Shown one piece after another: positions 38,514 to 50,142 of a stretch of DNA of 64,000 nt. The stretch is from a virus. The stretch covers positions 32,001-96,000 of IMG/VR virus record IMGVR_UViG_3300008954_000002; one strand, 5' to 3'. A program made the translations under genes and the position numbers. The notes beneath the pieces were generated by a model, which did not search any database, was not told the origin of the DNA, and saw only the letters and a list, made by a program, of their open reading frames with translations. Position 1 is the first letter of the stretch, and each line of letters begins with the position of its first letter.

Positions 38514-39520
38514 ATATGGAGAAAATATGATTAGAAAGGTAAAACAATTCTTTTATAGAACAAGGCTAATAATAAGACTCTTGTATCGATCAAGTATATG
38601 GAAGGAAGCGAATCTTATAAGAGACAATATGGAACTAAGAACTGGCGGTGGTAACTATAAAAAAGACTACCGACGATATTGTAATATACTCCGTGGTCGT
38701 ATAAGAACTGATAATGTGGGATGGGATGACATAGTAGGAGTCACTACTCTTTCTATTGTGGGAACAGCAGCAGAAGATAACGAACTACTTAAACAGCAAG
38801 CTCTTGAACTAGCATCTATCTCTACAGACCTATATGTTATGCTTTGTGAAAGAAAAGTAGATCACTCTGGCATTCGTGAAGAGGGTGAGGAAATTAAAAG
38901 CGAACACAGCACTCTAGTATTGATAGATACCAATACGGAAACAGAGCTATAAATGTTCCTACAGCCTAAAGATATAACCTCAGTCATATTCTTGCTTTCA
39001 TCTACAATGTGGCTAGGAACTTTTATTCTTGCTATACTATCAGACAGCTCATTCTCAGAATGTTTTAAATTGCTGAGCCTATCAATATTATGTGGATATG
39101 TTTCTTACTATTTCCACTTCAACATGTAACAAGAGGATCTATCGACTACATGTACGAGTCACAAGAAAAAGAAGATAAAGATTATATAGCTGAAGTTGAA
39201 TACTGCCTTGATGGTATTATCCCAGAAGAGGTTATGCTTGTTGATTTACTAAGAAAACTAAAAATCCAAGCAGAAGATATTGAAGACTACTCTTTATCGT
39301 TTTCACCTGGAGAAAGAACAGAAGATTATGATTACTTTGTAATCACTTGCTCAAAGACTACTGCTTCACAGAGCGACTCTCACGAGTCTTCTCCCTACGG
39401 AGTAAGCCTGTCGCTTTATCAAGATAGAGTTTCAGAACTCACTTCATCTGAGCAAGACGATACTACTTTAGGAAATCAGCTACAGCTTATATTCTCCAAC
39501 GATTAACCGTAAGGATATAT

Positions 39521-40714
39521 ATGAAGATTAAATCCCGAGAATACCTCGGGCTTGCACCAGTGTATGATATTGGTCTGCCCGACCATCACAATTTTGTTAT
39601 TCAAGGCGGTTTAGTTGCGGCAAATTGTTTCAATGCAAGCCATTCTGTCTCGTATTCAAAGCTTACTTACATATCCGCCTATTTGAAAGCAAACTATCCG
39701 GCACAATTCTTCTGTGCACTTATGTCTGTGCGCTCCAAGTCTTTGCAACCTAAGCTCTGGGCTAATAAAGCTCCTGAGTATATGCAGGAGGCAGGCCGTC
39801 TTGGTGTAACTATACATCCACCCTCTATTAATGGTTCTGAACTTGAATTCTCAGTAAAGAGCAATGATATCTACTTTGGACTCAATGCTATTAGAGACGT
39901 TGGTGTTGCTGCAGCTAGAGCCATTATAAAAGCAAGAGGTAGCCAGCCATATAAAGACATATACGACTTTCTACATAGGGTAAACCTTAGGAAAGCGACT
40001 ACTAAGACTTTTATAAGCCTTGTAAAGGCAGGCGCTTTTGACAAGTTGGGATATAGCCGCCCATCTCTTCTTGAACATACAGCCGCTTTATATGCTTATG
40101 TAAAAGATATTGTAGAATATGAACAAAGAAAGTTAGATATAGTCGCTAGAGACGAAGAAAATAGAAAGAAAACACTTCTCTTAGATAGAAAAAAAGAACT
40201 AAACAAACTATTACGAAAAGAGAAAAGAGAACCCACCTCCAAAGAAGAGGAGTTCTTAATTAGTATCAAAGGTCTTAGACGGTTACCCGCTCTTAAACCC
40301 AAGGCTTTTCCTGAACCACCAGAAGTAAAAAGAGCTAGCACTGTTGAACTCTCATTAGAAGAGATCATGGAGCAGGCACACTACATAGGTTGCTATGTAG
40401 GAGTACATCCAGTTATGCTCATCAACAACAACGCAGAGCGTCTGTGCAACCTATATACAGGTCAACATGCTAATGTCTGCGGAGTACTTAACAATGTCAA
40501 AGAAATCACAACTAGAAAGGGAAGACAAATGGCTTTCCTAGAAATAGATGATTCCACTGACATAGCTGAGGTAGTAGTTTTCCCAGCTGTATGGCGCAAG
40601 ACTAATCAGTCTTTAGTCACGCAGGGAAAGCTAGTAGAGTTAAGAGTTAAGGTTGAGCAAGAAGAACCAACCCTTAAGCTAATGGCTACTTCAGTCAAAA
40701 TATACGAGGAATAG
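39521..40714 (+). CDS. dnaE: 35-aa split-intein C-fragment plus DNA polymerase III alpha fragment 3 (HhH and OB)
   Basis: MKIKSREYLGLAPVYDIGLPDHHNFVIQGGLVAAN (39521-39625), then CFNASHSVSY; YLKANYP; GL.AI..VG; KAGAFD; MAF....D. Confidence 0.95.
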   Translation: MKIKSREYLGLAPVYDIGLPDHHNFVIQGGLVAANCFNASHSVSYSKLTYISAYLKANYPAQFFCALMSVRSKSLQPKLWANKAPEYMQEAGRLGVTIHPPSINGSELEFSVKSNDIYFGLNAIRDVGVAAARAIIKARGSQPYKDIYDFLHRVNLRKATTKTFISLVKAGAFDKLGYSRPSLLEHTAALYAYVKDIVEYEQRKLDIVARDEENRKKTLLLDRKKELNKLLRKEKREPTSKEEEFLISIKGLRRLPALKPKAFPEPPEVKRASTVELSLEEIMEQAHYIGCYVGVHPVMLINNNAERLCNLYTGQHANVCGVLNNVKEITTRKGRQMAFLEIDDSTDIAEVVVFPAVWRKTNQSLVTQGKLVELRVKVEQEEPTLKLMATSVKIYEE

Positions 40715-40718
40715 TTAT

Positions 40719-41801
40719 ATGAGTAGATGGCAACCAGAAGAAGAACACTTACTTAGGCTTTTGCTACCTACAAATAGCCATACCGAGATAGCAGTAGAAT
40801 TTGAAAGGCGCTTCCAAAAGATGCTGCCTGGATTTACCTCGCTAAGATCTTCAGAAGCAATACGCAAGAAGTGTAACCGCGAAGAACTAACAGCTGATTC
40901 TATAGTAGGATACAGCGATCCCTATAAAGATCGCTGGGAATATATTAAGAGTCTTGGAAACGAGTACAAGCTAGACGCTGAGGAACTAACAGTAGGAATA
41001 GTAGACGATGTAGATAGAAAGATACTCACACTATCTGATCTACACTTTCCGTTTGCCCTAGAGGACCATATACATAGGGCACTACTCGATCATTCAGACG
41101 CAGATGTTGTCGTGCTGAATGGCGATCTACTAGACGGATATATATTCTCTACCTTTGGCAGAGCCAAACGAGTAGCCGCACTTAAAGAGTACATAGCTGT
41201 ATTTGAACTAGTTCGTTATATTTCAGACAACTTCCCACATGTTATTATTACAAGTGGAAATCATGATGTAAGGCCTGCAAGAGCACTTAGCAGATCAGAC
41301 TTCAACAAAGAAGCTACTCAAGTACTTAGACCAGACCTATTAGCTAGAATAGCTAATGGCGAAATGCTTGATGAATATGGCGAGATAGTAGAACTAGTCG
41401 GCATGGATAATGTTACATATCAAAAATATGACTCTTGGTATGTACGAGTAGGCAAAACAATATTCTGCCATCCATCTGCATGGCGGGGTAGCTATCCTGG
41501 AGGCACTGTAACTAAACTATGCGATTACTTTACCAACAGAATGGGCAGTGAATCTTTTGACTCTATAGTCGTGGGGCACACACACCGGATCTATATGGGT
41601 ATTGTTGGCAACAAACTACTAATAGAGCAGGGTGCTATGTGCGCTCGACAGCCCTACCAGCATAAAGATGATCTCAGATTCACACATGCCATGAACGGCT
41701 ATGCAGTAATATATCAAGACGCAGACGGCAATACAGACTTCAACCTAAGCGGCCCAATATATATTGGAAGCCAATTACCACCTAAAAAGGAAATACTATA
41801 A
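40719..41801 (+). CDS. Calcineurin-like metallophosphoesterase
   Basis: SDLH, NGDLLD, GNHD, GHTH motifs. Confidence 0.88.
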   Translation: MSRWQPEEEHLLRLLLPTNSHTEIAVEFERRFQKMLPGFTSLRSSEAIRKKCNREELTADSIVGYSDPYKDRWEYIKSLGNEYKLDAEELTVGIVDDVDRKILTLSDLHFPFALEDHIHRALLDHSDADVVVLNGDLLDGYIFSTFGRAKRVAALKEYIAVFELVRYISDNFPHVIITSGNHDVRPARALSRSDFNKEATQVLRPDLLARIANGEMLDEYGEIVELVGMDNVTYQKYDSWYVRVGKTIFCHPSAWRGSYPGGTVTKLCDYFTNRMGSESFDSIVVGHTHRIYMGIVGNKLLIEQGAMCARQPYQHKDDLRFTHAMNGYAVIYQDADGNTDFNLSGPIYIGSQLPPKKEIL

Positions 41802-42143
41802 TGTCTCTTGTAGATTCGACTGGTCGGCCAGTCTCAACAGAAGAAGGGATAAGCAATTCTGATCTTATCCAAGTGCTAACCTCTTTTAGAGTTAGAATGG
41901 ATGCTGCAAACGCTCAGATTGTTCAACTAGGACTACTACTTGAATATCTATATGAGCAGCTAGAGAAGAAGGGTATGGAAATACCTATGGAAGAATTCAA
42001 TGCTTGGGCTAAGACCCGCTACGAAGAAATCCAAAAAGAAGCAGAGAAGATGATGGAAGAAGGATTCGCTGACGACTTTGTTAAGCAGGCAGAAGCAGCA
42101 ATGCAAGACCTAACTAACATTGAACGCCAAGTGGATCTAACTG

Positions 42144-43181
42144 ATGAGTAGTAAATGGTCATTTATACAACACATAACAGACTACTTAGGGCGAGATAAA
42201 CTAGGAAATCAAAAGGCCCCCACTCTGTGGCCCTCTGAAGCAACAGCTATTGTTGCCAATGCACATGGTGAACAAGTTGCTGAGGGGAAATGTAGGCGAG
42301 CCACTTACTTCAGGTATATGTGTGATTGGTACTATTTTAATAGTGACGCATATGCACATTATCAACCTCTCGTAGAGCAGATCAAAGAGAAAAGCATTCC
42401 ACATGACGGTTACGTTCAGTGGATCTTCAAGCAGGGGAACCTATATGAAGAATCATGCTTGCAAGACTCTAAAGAATCAGGTATCTATATTGCCGATCAG
42501 ACACAAGTATATGTGCCTAGCCACAATGTCTCAGGCAAAGTAGATATCGTTGCTCTTAATCCAGTTACTAAGAACTATTCCATTGTTGAACTTAAATCCG
42601 TTTATGGATTCAATGGCAATAGTGTACTTGGTACTCCAGGTGAGAGAAAGAAAGGTCAGCTGGGTACACCACGCACAGGCCACCTTATGCAAATAGGCAT
42701 TTACCAATGGTGGTATGCTGGACAAGACGAAAGATTTGAAGAGGGTAGGCTAGTTTATGGTGCACGAGATACAGGCAGGTTTGCTGAATACCTAATTCAA
42801 ATACGTCCATACGATACAGATACTGGTGTACAAAATTTTATCTCTTACACAGGTAACTGTCCAAACAAAACAGAAGAAGTTGTAACAGACATTAGTATAG
42901 AGAACATACTTGAACAATATGCTCTCATTCTAAGATCCCTAGATTCAGGCGAAATACCCGAAAGAGATTATAGCTTGCAATACTCTGACGAACACATCTC
43001 AAAGCTTTATGATAGAAAAGAGCTACCTAAGGCCGACATGGAAAGGCATGGGAAGAGAACTCAGCAGCTAGCAGAGGGTAAGCGCCCTATTAAAGCTGTA
43101 GAGCGCGGCGACTGGCAATGCCGCTTATGCAAGTATAAAGACATCTGTTACGACGATAAAAAGAACCCAATAAACATATAG
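42144..43181 (+). CDS. Cas4-like PD-(D/E)XK exonuclease
   Basis: N-terminal Cys (KCRR), SGKVD...VELKS, Q...Y, C-terminal CRLCKYKDIC. Confidence 0.75.
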   Translation: MSSKWSFIQHITDYLGRDKLGNQKAPTLWPSEATAIVANAHGEQVAEGKCRRATYFRYMCDWYYFNSDAYAHYQPLVEQIKEKSIPHDGYVQWIFKQGNLYEESCLQDSKESGIYIADQTQVYVPSHNVSGKVDIVALNPVTKNYSIVELKSVYGFNGNSVLGTPGERKKGQLGTPRTGHLMQIGIYQWWYAGQDERFEEGRLVYGARDTGRFAEYLIQIRPYDTDTGVQNFISYTGNCPNKTEEVVTDISIENILEQYALILRSLDSGEIPERDYSLQYSDEHISKLYDRKELPKADMERHGKRTQQLAEGKRPIKAVERGDWQCRLCKYKDICYDDKKNPINI

Positions 43182-43417
43182 GAACTTATGGATACCTACT
43201 TCCTTGTGAAGATATGGGTAGACAATGAGCTAACAGTATATGGACCGTATCTAGAGTTGGATGATGCGGTCACTATGCTTATAGACCATTTGCCTCCCAT
43301 TGCATTGGCTCAAATACTCAAAAAGAAAGTAGCTAGGTACCTGGCCGAAGTGCATGAGTGCATACTTAATGCAGATGGAAGCTGGGATACTATAGCTATT
43401 AGAATCAAGGAAAACGA

Positions 43418-44455
43418 ATGCGAACGCAGACCCCATATGTAAATCCATTACTTTCAGAAAACCTATCCGTTAACGATGTTCTATTGCTCCCAGCCAAAGG
43501 AATCCTTACCTCAAGAGCAGATGCAAAACTAAAGCCATTCATTTACAGCGCTCCTATGGACACTGTGACAGGCTATGGAATGTCTAACGCTATGGTAGCT
43601 CTTGGAGAGCATCCTGTAGTCTGTCGCTTCCTACATGAAGACTGGAACAGAACCTTTACCGAGCACATGGAAAACCCTAATGTTTTCTTTGCAATAGGTG
43701 CTAAAGAAGCCGACTTGGAGGACTTCCTATATAGACTCAATAACACTAAGCCTGCATATGGCTCAGTATCGGTATCCATAGACATAGCTCATGGGGACTC
43801 CGTAATGGCTCACAGTGCAGCTACATTGCTCTCTAAAAGCCCCTACATAGGGAACATTATGTCTGGCTCTCTCTGTACCCCTGAGGGGGCAGAGAGAGCT
43901 TGGGCTGCTGGGTGCACACACCTAAGAGTGGGTGTAGGCCCTGGAGCAGCTTGCACAACTAGGCTAATGACGGGCTGTGGCTATCCGCAGCTAAAAGCTA
44001 TCTATATTATAGCCAAATATCTAGAAGCAAAAGAGATAGATATAGAGATTATTGCTGATGGAGGAATCAAGTATTCTGGCGATGCCGTGAAGTATCTTGC
44101 AGCAGGGGCAGACGCCATTATGTTGGGCAGTCGATTTAGCTCTTGTATCGAAAGCGCTGGCTGGTTTGTAAACAAAGACAACAGAAGAGAAAAGAAATTT
44201 AGAGGACAAGCGTCCAGAGAATTTCAAATCTCACAGTATGCAAAAGATCCTGCTTGTCCCGAAGGAGCGTCTGGCCCCACCATTACTCCTAAAGGATTTT
44301 GCAAGAACATAGTGGAAGAGTTTAGAGGTGGTGTAGCGTCGGCTATCAGTTACCTTGGCCTTAGCTCAATAGAAGAGCTAAATCCTACAAATGTATACTT
44401 TGTAAAGATTACGCAAGCAGCCTATATAGAAGGCACGCCTCATGGTACTAAATAA
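43418..44455 (+). CDS. IMP dehydrogenase/GMP reductase family protein
   Basis: SAPMDTVT; DIAHG; VGVGPGAACTTR; IADGGI..SGD..K..A.GAD..MLG. Confidence 0.92.
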   Translation: MRTQTPYVNPLLSENLSVNDVLLLPAKGILTSRADAKLKPFIYSAPMDTVTGYGMSNAMVALGEHPVVCRFLHEDWNRTFTEHMENPNVFFAIGAKEADLEDFLYRLNNTKPAYGSVSVSIDIAHGDSVMAHSAATLLSKSPYIGNIMSGSLCTPEGAERAWAAGCTHLRVGVGPGAACTTRLMTGCGYPQLKAIYIIAKYLEAKEIDIEIIADGGIKYSGDAVKYLAAGADAIMLGSRFSSCIESAGWFVNKDNRREKKFRGQASREFQISQYAKDPACPEGASGPTITPKGFCKNIVEEFRGGVASAISYLGLSSIEELNPTNVYFVKITQAAYIEGTPHGTK

Positions 44456-45431
44456 ACACCTATTCTGTACTGGAGACCCCGTTATAGATATTTTCTATAC
44501 GGGGTCTCTTACTTCCGCCAACCGTTACACAACAGAATCTGTTGAGAGACGATATGGCGGAGCACTCAACACATGGAAAAATGCAGAAGCATTGATAGGT
44601 AAGAACACTGTACACTTCTTCTCTCCTACCGGCCCCATAGATGCCAATGTTTTATATAAAACAGAAGATATATATACCCTGCGCAGATATCTTCTATCGC
44701 TAGATAGCAAAATGCCAAGCAGCACACACATAGAAGCTAGTGGAATCCCTACAGATAAAAAGGAATTTATATACACACAGCCACAGCATATAGACGTCTT
44801 CATGACAATGAAGTCTTACTATCAAGAATTGCTATCCATCCATGGGCAGATAGAGGCTGCTCTTGTTATCGCAGATTATAATAAAGGTACAGTCAATACG
44901 CATCGCAAGGCTGCCAGTAGTATAAAAGACATAGAGAATGCTTTCGGCTTTTGTATAGTAGATTCTCGCAATAGAACACTAGATACATCTCTATTAAAAG
45001 CATCCAAGTTCAACATATGGCATGCAACAGGCAATGAGTATGAGGCAAACTTTAGCGATAACTTTGATATGCTATTGTGGACAAATGGCCCATACGACAT
45101 TAAGATAGTTAGAGCAGCCGATGGCGTGCATCATGAATTATCTATTAGTATTCCACCTGTAGACATAATAGATGAATGCGGCGCAGGTGATACTTTTACA
45201 GCAGCTGTTGCCGCCTACTTACTCTACCACCCGGCCAACATCAGCGAACTATCTGTTCTGAACTCTTTAGAACTGTGCAAGGACGCATGCGACTTTGCTA
45301 TCGCTTGTTGCAGAGATGTGATTCTTCAACCATTCACATCAGTAACCACACTTACCATGGAGGATCTATGTACATCACTAATCTCCAAGAAGTCATCCCA
45401 CTTCTCCGAGGACAGCTTAGAGAATACTTAA
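44442..45431 (+). CDS. PfkB-family sugar kinase (RfaE/HldE domain I-like, divergent)
   Basis: GDPVID.F..G; GGA.N...N; IADYNKG; DECGAGDTF. Confidence 0.75.
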   Translation: MVLNKHLFCTGDPVIDIFYTGSLTSANRYTTESVERRYGGALNTWKNAEALIGKNTVHFFSPTGPIDANVLYKTEDIYTLRRYLLSLDSKMPSSTHIEASGIPTDKKEFIYTQPQHIDVFMTMKSYYQELLSIHGQIEAALVIADYNKGTVNTHRKAASSIKDIENAFGFCIVDSRNRTLDTSLLKASKFNIWHATGNEYEANFSDNFDMLLWTNGPYDIKIVRAADGVHHELSISIPPVDIIDECGAGDTFTAAVAAYLLYHPANISELSVLNSLELCKDACDFAIACCRDVILQPFTSVTTLTMEDLCTSLISKKSSHFSEDSLENT

Positions 45432-47851
45432 TAATCAAGCATAACATTAGATCTAATACAAGAAAGATGAATTGCTTTGCTCATGATGACAATAAGCCAA
45501 GCATGAGTTTTAATCCTAAGACTAATAATGAGACTGTCAAATGCTTCTCATGTAATTGGACTGGAGATATCTTTGATGTTGCTCATGTCTTAGAAAACCT
45601 ACCTACTTCTGGTAGCGAATGGCTTTCAGTAACAATTCCTGAGCTATGCAAAACGCTAGACATACCCTTGAGATTAGGAGAACCCTCTCATACCGACAAA
45701 GAGAGAGCACGCCAGCATAAGCTGACACAAGATATTGCAGACATCTTAGTGTTGCACGGTCAGATATCTAAATACATAACAGAAAGGAACTGGACTCAAG
45801 ATCACCTTTCGCTCGGCTCCATCGACGAAGAAGACCTCATGGCCAAGCTTGTTGAGAAGGGCTGGGATCCAAAGGAAATACTTAAGTCGTTACTAGTTAG
45901 AACCAGATACCACTCGTTCTTTGGAGACGATAAGCTTACCTTTGTCATTAGAAACGAAAGAAGTAGACCAGTAGGCTTCATCTCAAGAGCTCTCAATGGA
46001 GATGATTCTGTATCTAAGTATATAAACTCTCCAGAATCACACATATATGAAAAAGGCAAAGTATTACTAGGCCTAGACACTGCACTGAAGGCAGGTGATG
46101 CTAAGAAGGCAGGTATATATATAGTTGAAGGCCCAGGAGATCTAGCTCAACTCTATAGAGTAGGTGTGCTAAACGCCGCAGCAGTATGTGGTACAGCCTT
46201 TACAGAGCATCATCTGTTACTCTTAAAAAAGCTAGGAATTAGAAGTATATACCTAAGCTTCGACTGGGACAATGCTGGCTATATAGCTACTCAACGTGTA
46301 CTAGAGATTATACTTAAGGCCACAACAGGTATTTCTGCACACGTTGTGGCAGCACCCGAAAATAGCGAGTCAAAAGACCCAGACGACCTACTGCATGGTG
46401 CAGAAGACGCAGAGCCATACTTGTCGCTGAAAAAGCTACCTGCTTTTGAGTGGCAGCTATCTCAAGCCTCTAGCAATGACACGCCAGATACTATCTGTCA
46501 GAGAATGATACCTATTATCGCTACTGAAAGTGCAGCTGTAAAAAGAGAATTACTTACTCAAGCGCTTGCTAACTTTACAGGCATATCACCACAAGCAATA
46601 GGCTCTGATGTCTCATCGCTACGCAGTAACGACTATACAGAAAGAAAACGACAACTAGTAGCATCTGCAGAAAGCTATGTACAAGAAGTCTCAGAAGATC
46701 CTGATAATATTATCGCTACTATTGCTCAACATGAGCAACGCGTACTTACTATTGAAAGAGAGTACCAAAGAAATGTAACAGGTGTTAACTATCAGCTATC
46801 TAGATACGATGCAATCCAACAGCTACGCAGAGACTCTGATGATGGGAATGCAGCAACCTTTGAGATGAACTATTACTCTGGCTTTGCTGATGCTTTCTCA
46901 GGAGGCATGGACTGGACAAAGGGCTGCTTAATGTACGTTGGTGGAAGATCAAATTCGGGCAAAACAGCAACAGTACTAGCTTTAGGATGTGACATTGCGC
47001 TTTCAGATCCAAATGCAATTGTAATCATTCACTCTACAGATGATAGCTATCAGCAAATAGAGCCTAGAATCAAATCTAATCTTTATGCAATGGCCAATCC
47101 AACTGGCCCAACACTTACCATAGGAATGGTTGTTCAGCCTCACAAATACCTGCCCAAGAATGACAAAGCTACTATAGAGGCTTACAACTTAGCAGATGAA
47201 CTTTTCAAAGATCTGCTCGCAGATGAACGACTAGTCATATTAGATGCAGAAGACGGTAGTACTCTATCTGTGCTTGAAAGAAATGTTAAATATTACAGAA
47301 GTAGATTTCCAAGCAAGAAGATCATGATCATATGCGATAATACTCACAACCTTGCAGATTGGGGTCACATGGATCAAACCACTCGAATGACTATGATCTC
47401 TAATGCGCAAAAACATATGTGCGTTAAATACAGACTATGTATGATAGCTACTGCCGAATACAGAAAGAACATGCCTATAGATCAGTCTAAGATGAAGCTA
47501 CCTGTAGATGATGACTTAGCTGATGCAAGAGCACTGATGTATAGACCACTAGCAATTCTGCATGTATATAACGATCTTCATGATCGTAAAGATCATGCCG
47601 AGATATTCTGGACAAACGATGAAGGTACTGCTAGCCCAAGACTACTAATTAACTTTACAAAGAATAAGATATCTAGCTTCAAAGACAAGCTAATATTGGA
47701 TCTTGATACTAGGTCTGTTACACTAAAGCCAAAGTGTGTTAAGAATGCATTAAATGAAGCTGAGAATTATATAGACGCTAAGGAAGAGGGTAAAATAAAG
47801 TTAAATGGTAATGCAGTAGTATCTATTGCAGCAACAGAATACGAAATGTGA
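45368..47851 (+). CDS. DnaG primase-DnaB helicase fusion
   Basis: C..H.D..PS..CFSC Zn finger; KYINSPES; VEG..D; FDWD.AG; KDPDD; Walker A GRSNSGKT; GGAGG SD before ATG 45368. Confidence 0.9.
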   Translation: MYITNLQEVIPLLRGQLREYLIIKHNIRSNTRKMNCFAHDDNKPSMSFNPKTNNETVKCFSCNWTGDIFDVAHVLENLPTSGSEWLSVTIPELCKTLDIPLRLGEPSHTDKERARQHKLTQDIADILVLHGQISKYITERNWTQDHLSLGSIDEEDLMAKLVEKGWDPKEILKSLLVRTRYHSFFGDDKLTFVIRNERSRPVGFISRALNGDDSVSKYINSPESHIYEKGKVLLGLDTALKAGDAKKAGIYIVEGPGDLAQLYRVGVLNAAAVCGTAFTEHHLLLLKKLGIRSIYLSFDWDNAGYIATQRVLEIILKATTGISAHVVAAPENSESKDPDDLLHGAEDAEPYLSLKKLPAFEWQLSQASSNDTPDTICQRMIPIIATESAAVKRELLTQALANFTGISPQAIGSDVSSLRSNDYTERKRQLVASAESYVQEVSEDPDNIIATIAQHEQRVLTIEREYQRNVTGVNYQLSRYDAIQQLRRDSDDGNAATFEMNYYSGFADAFSGGMDWTKGCLMYVGGRSNSGKTATVLALGCDIALSDPNAIVIIHSTDDSYQQIEPRIKSNLYAMANPTGPTLTIGMVVQPHKYLPKNDKATIEAYNLADELFKDLLADERLVILDAEDGSTLSVLERNVKYYRSRFPSKKIMIICDNTHNLADWGHMDQTTRMTMISNAQKHMCVKYRLCMIATAEYRKNMPIDQSKMKLPVDDDLADARALMYRPLAILHVYNDLHDRKDHAEIFWTNDEGTASPRLLINFTKNKISSFKDKLILDLDTRSVTLKPKCVKNALNEAENYIDAKEEGKIKLNGNAVVSIAATEYEM

Positions 47852-47879
47852 TAATATCACCTAGCATAACTATTTACTC

Positions 47880-48365
47880 ATGTCGAAAAGTAAAACGAGA
47901 AGAACATCAATTCAGAGGAGTCCGGGTGGCATTTTGCTGCCCGACTCCTCTGTTATTGAGCCAGAGCTTCCTATCATAATCCCAGTTGCAACAACTGGAC
48001 ATAACAGAGGAGCGCTAGGCGAGAGCGGTGATGTGCTTCCATTGATAGTTCCTAAGACTTGGGGCGAAGAACGACACTTTCAGAACAATGAGCTATACTG
48101 TCAAAAGCTTTTAATTATAAACCCCAATCAAGCTACTTCTATGCATTTCCATATAGAAAAGCATGAAACTATGCTGGTGGTTGCTGGCACTCTTTACATA
48201 GACATAATAGTAAATAAAAAGAGAACAACAAAAACTATAACTGCCTGGAATTCTTTCGTCATAGCGCCAGGCCTACCACATTCACTAAGAGCAACTTCTA
48301 CTGAAGTTCGCCTCATAGAGTCTTCTACACCATCTTATGACGACGACTCTATTCGCATATCATAA
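47880..48365 (+). CDS. Cupin (sugar isomerase-like)
   Basis: VPKTWGEE; SMHFHIEKHET; PG.PH. Confidence 0.75.
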   Translation: MSKSKTRRTSIQRSPGGILLPDSSVIEPELPIIIPVATTGHNRGALGESGDVLPLIVPKTWGEERHFQNNELYCQKLLIINPNQATSMHFHIEKHETMLVVAGTLYIDIIVNKKRTTKTITAWNSFVIAPGLPHSLRATSTEVRLIESSTPSYDDDSIRIS

Positions 48366-48817
48366 GGAAACAATAATGCGCGAAGATAGCCTAGGCATCT
48401 TTTGTAAACAAAACAAAACCTTTTATTATCTAGAGACTGGCGACAACTATGTTGGGAATACAGTCGATAGGATACGCAAGACTCTCATCTCAAGAGATCT
48501 TATTCACTATAATACTCGTGGCTTAATGAGCACAGATGACTTCACTGTATTGACAGTGAGAGACGCTAAGGTTGCCGATCATAAGCTACAGCCTATTTAT
48601 ATATCCAAGCATGTAGAACAAGTGTTGACATCCCCTGCAGAAAACTCAGAGGAAGCTAGCACTTCTAGCCACTGGGGTGCTAGTAAAACTCCCAAAGTCA
48701 AAACAAAGCCCAAGGCAAAAGCCAAGACAAGAGCCAAGCGCACTACAAAGAAGAAAGCAGAGCCTACTGCCCAAGTCGAGACCTCTAATATGGCTGCCAC
48801 CACAACTGAGAGCACAA

Positions 48818-49291
48818 GTGAATAAGCAGACACAAGAAATACTATTTAGTTCTGACTCTGACGACTGGGCTACTCCACAGCACTTCTTTGATCTTCTCAA
48901 CGAAGAGTTTGGCCCGTTCACCCTAGACCCATGCGCTAATCAGTCAAATTATAAAACCCCACTCTACTTTACTGCCTCTGAAAATGGCCTAGAGCAAAGC
49001 TGGAAGGGCGATAATGTTTTCATGAATCCACCATATGGAAGGAAGATTGGAGACTGGATAAAGAAAGCTTACGACGAATCGCGCCAACCAGACACTCAGG
49101 TAACAATACTAATACCTGCTAGAACAGATACTAAGTACTGGCATAACTATGTCATGAAAGCTAGTGAGCTTTATTTTGTAAAGGGAAGGCTTAAATTTGG
49201 CAATGGCGACGGAAGTGCTCCATTCCCGTCAGCAGTAGCAATATTTAGAGCAGAAATCACTCCTCTAGAGGTGGGCACCATAGAGCCATGA
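48818..49291 (+). CDS. Phage DNA N6-adenine methyltransferase
   Basis: DDWATP; FTLDPC; NPPY; LIPARTDT; GRLKF; APFPS; GTG start at 48818 inferred. Confidence 0.9.
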   Translation: MNKQTQEILFSSDSDDWATPQHFFDLLNEEFGPFTLDPCANQSNYKTPLYFTASENGLEQSWKGDNVFMNPPYGRKIGDWIKKAYDESRQPDTQVTILIPARTDTKYWHNYVMKASELYFVKGRLKFGNGDGSAPFPSAVAIFRAEITPLEVGTIEP

Positions 49292-49301
49292 GAAAGCCCA
49301 T

Positions 49302-50141
49302 ATGGAAAACCTAGCTAAACAATTAAAAGCCTACATATACTTAAGCCTAATACTCCTATTTATATTTTCTACAGGCTATTTTGTAGCGAGTAAAAAAGCA
49401 TCCTCTGTATATAAAGCCCTATCTCTTGACAAGAGCACCATAGAGGGAGAACTGCAGAAGGCGAAGAACAAGACAAGTAGTCTAAACAAGCTCCTATCTG
49501 AGAGCAGCAAGGAAACTGAAGAACTAAAACAACTGATACAGGTCCTTGAAGATAGGCCAGCAGAGGTGCGCTATATTGTAAGAACCGAAACCATTATAGA
49601 GGGTGGTACTGAAACCACTGCTACCCTACCTGCATCATATCTTTATAGGTTTGATAGTGGGTTAGCAGTTGCACATTTCTTATCAGAAGCAACCTCATAT
49701 ACCTTTGAAATCTTTGATCTAAAGTTCAAGAGTCAAGTCTTAATAAGCGAAGACACTACAGGCGTACTTCTGTCAGCCACCTCTTCCTTTGAGCCAAGCA
49801 TAGAAGTGCCAATTCCTCTTAACGATATTACAGTTACAAAAGTTAGAGAGCATAATCTCTTTGAACCACATGTACTGATAAGTGGCACCTTATCGCTTCC
49901 TACACTAGACGCTTCTGTCTCACTGTCTACTTCGCTCATACACCCAACAGCCTACCTAGACATCCTCTCTTTAAGAGGTTCTGTCAGTAGAGATAATATT
50001 CGTATAGGTATAGATCCAGTAAGCTACAACATAGGGCATAAGCTCCCCATCATAACTGACTTATGGATAACTGGCGGAGCTTCTATAGGTACCGGTAGCA
50101 CCGTGTATAGTGGCGACCTAAGCATGGGGAGCAAGTTCTAG
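49302..50141 (+). CDS. Membrane-anchored coiled-coil protein
   Basis: N-terminal TM segment, coiled coil, beta-rich C-terminus. Confidence 0.45.
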   Translation: MENLAKQLKAYIYLSLILLFIFSTGYFVASKKASSVYKALSLDKSTIEGELQKAKNKTSSLNKLLSESSKETEELKQLIQVLEDRPAEVRYIVRTETIIEGGTETTATLPASYLYRFDSGLAVAHFLSEATSYTFEIFDLKFKSQVLISEDTTGVLLSATSSFEPSIEVPIPLNDITVTKVREHNLFEPHVLISGTLSLPTLDASVSLSTSLIHPTAYLDILSLRGSVSRDNIRIGIDPVSYNIGHKLPIITDLWITGGASIGTGSTVYSGDLSMGSKF

Positions 50142-50142
50142 A

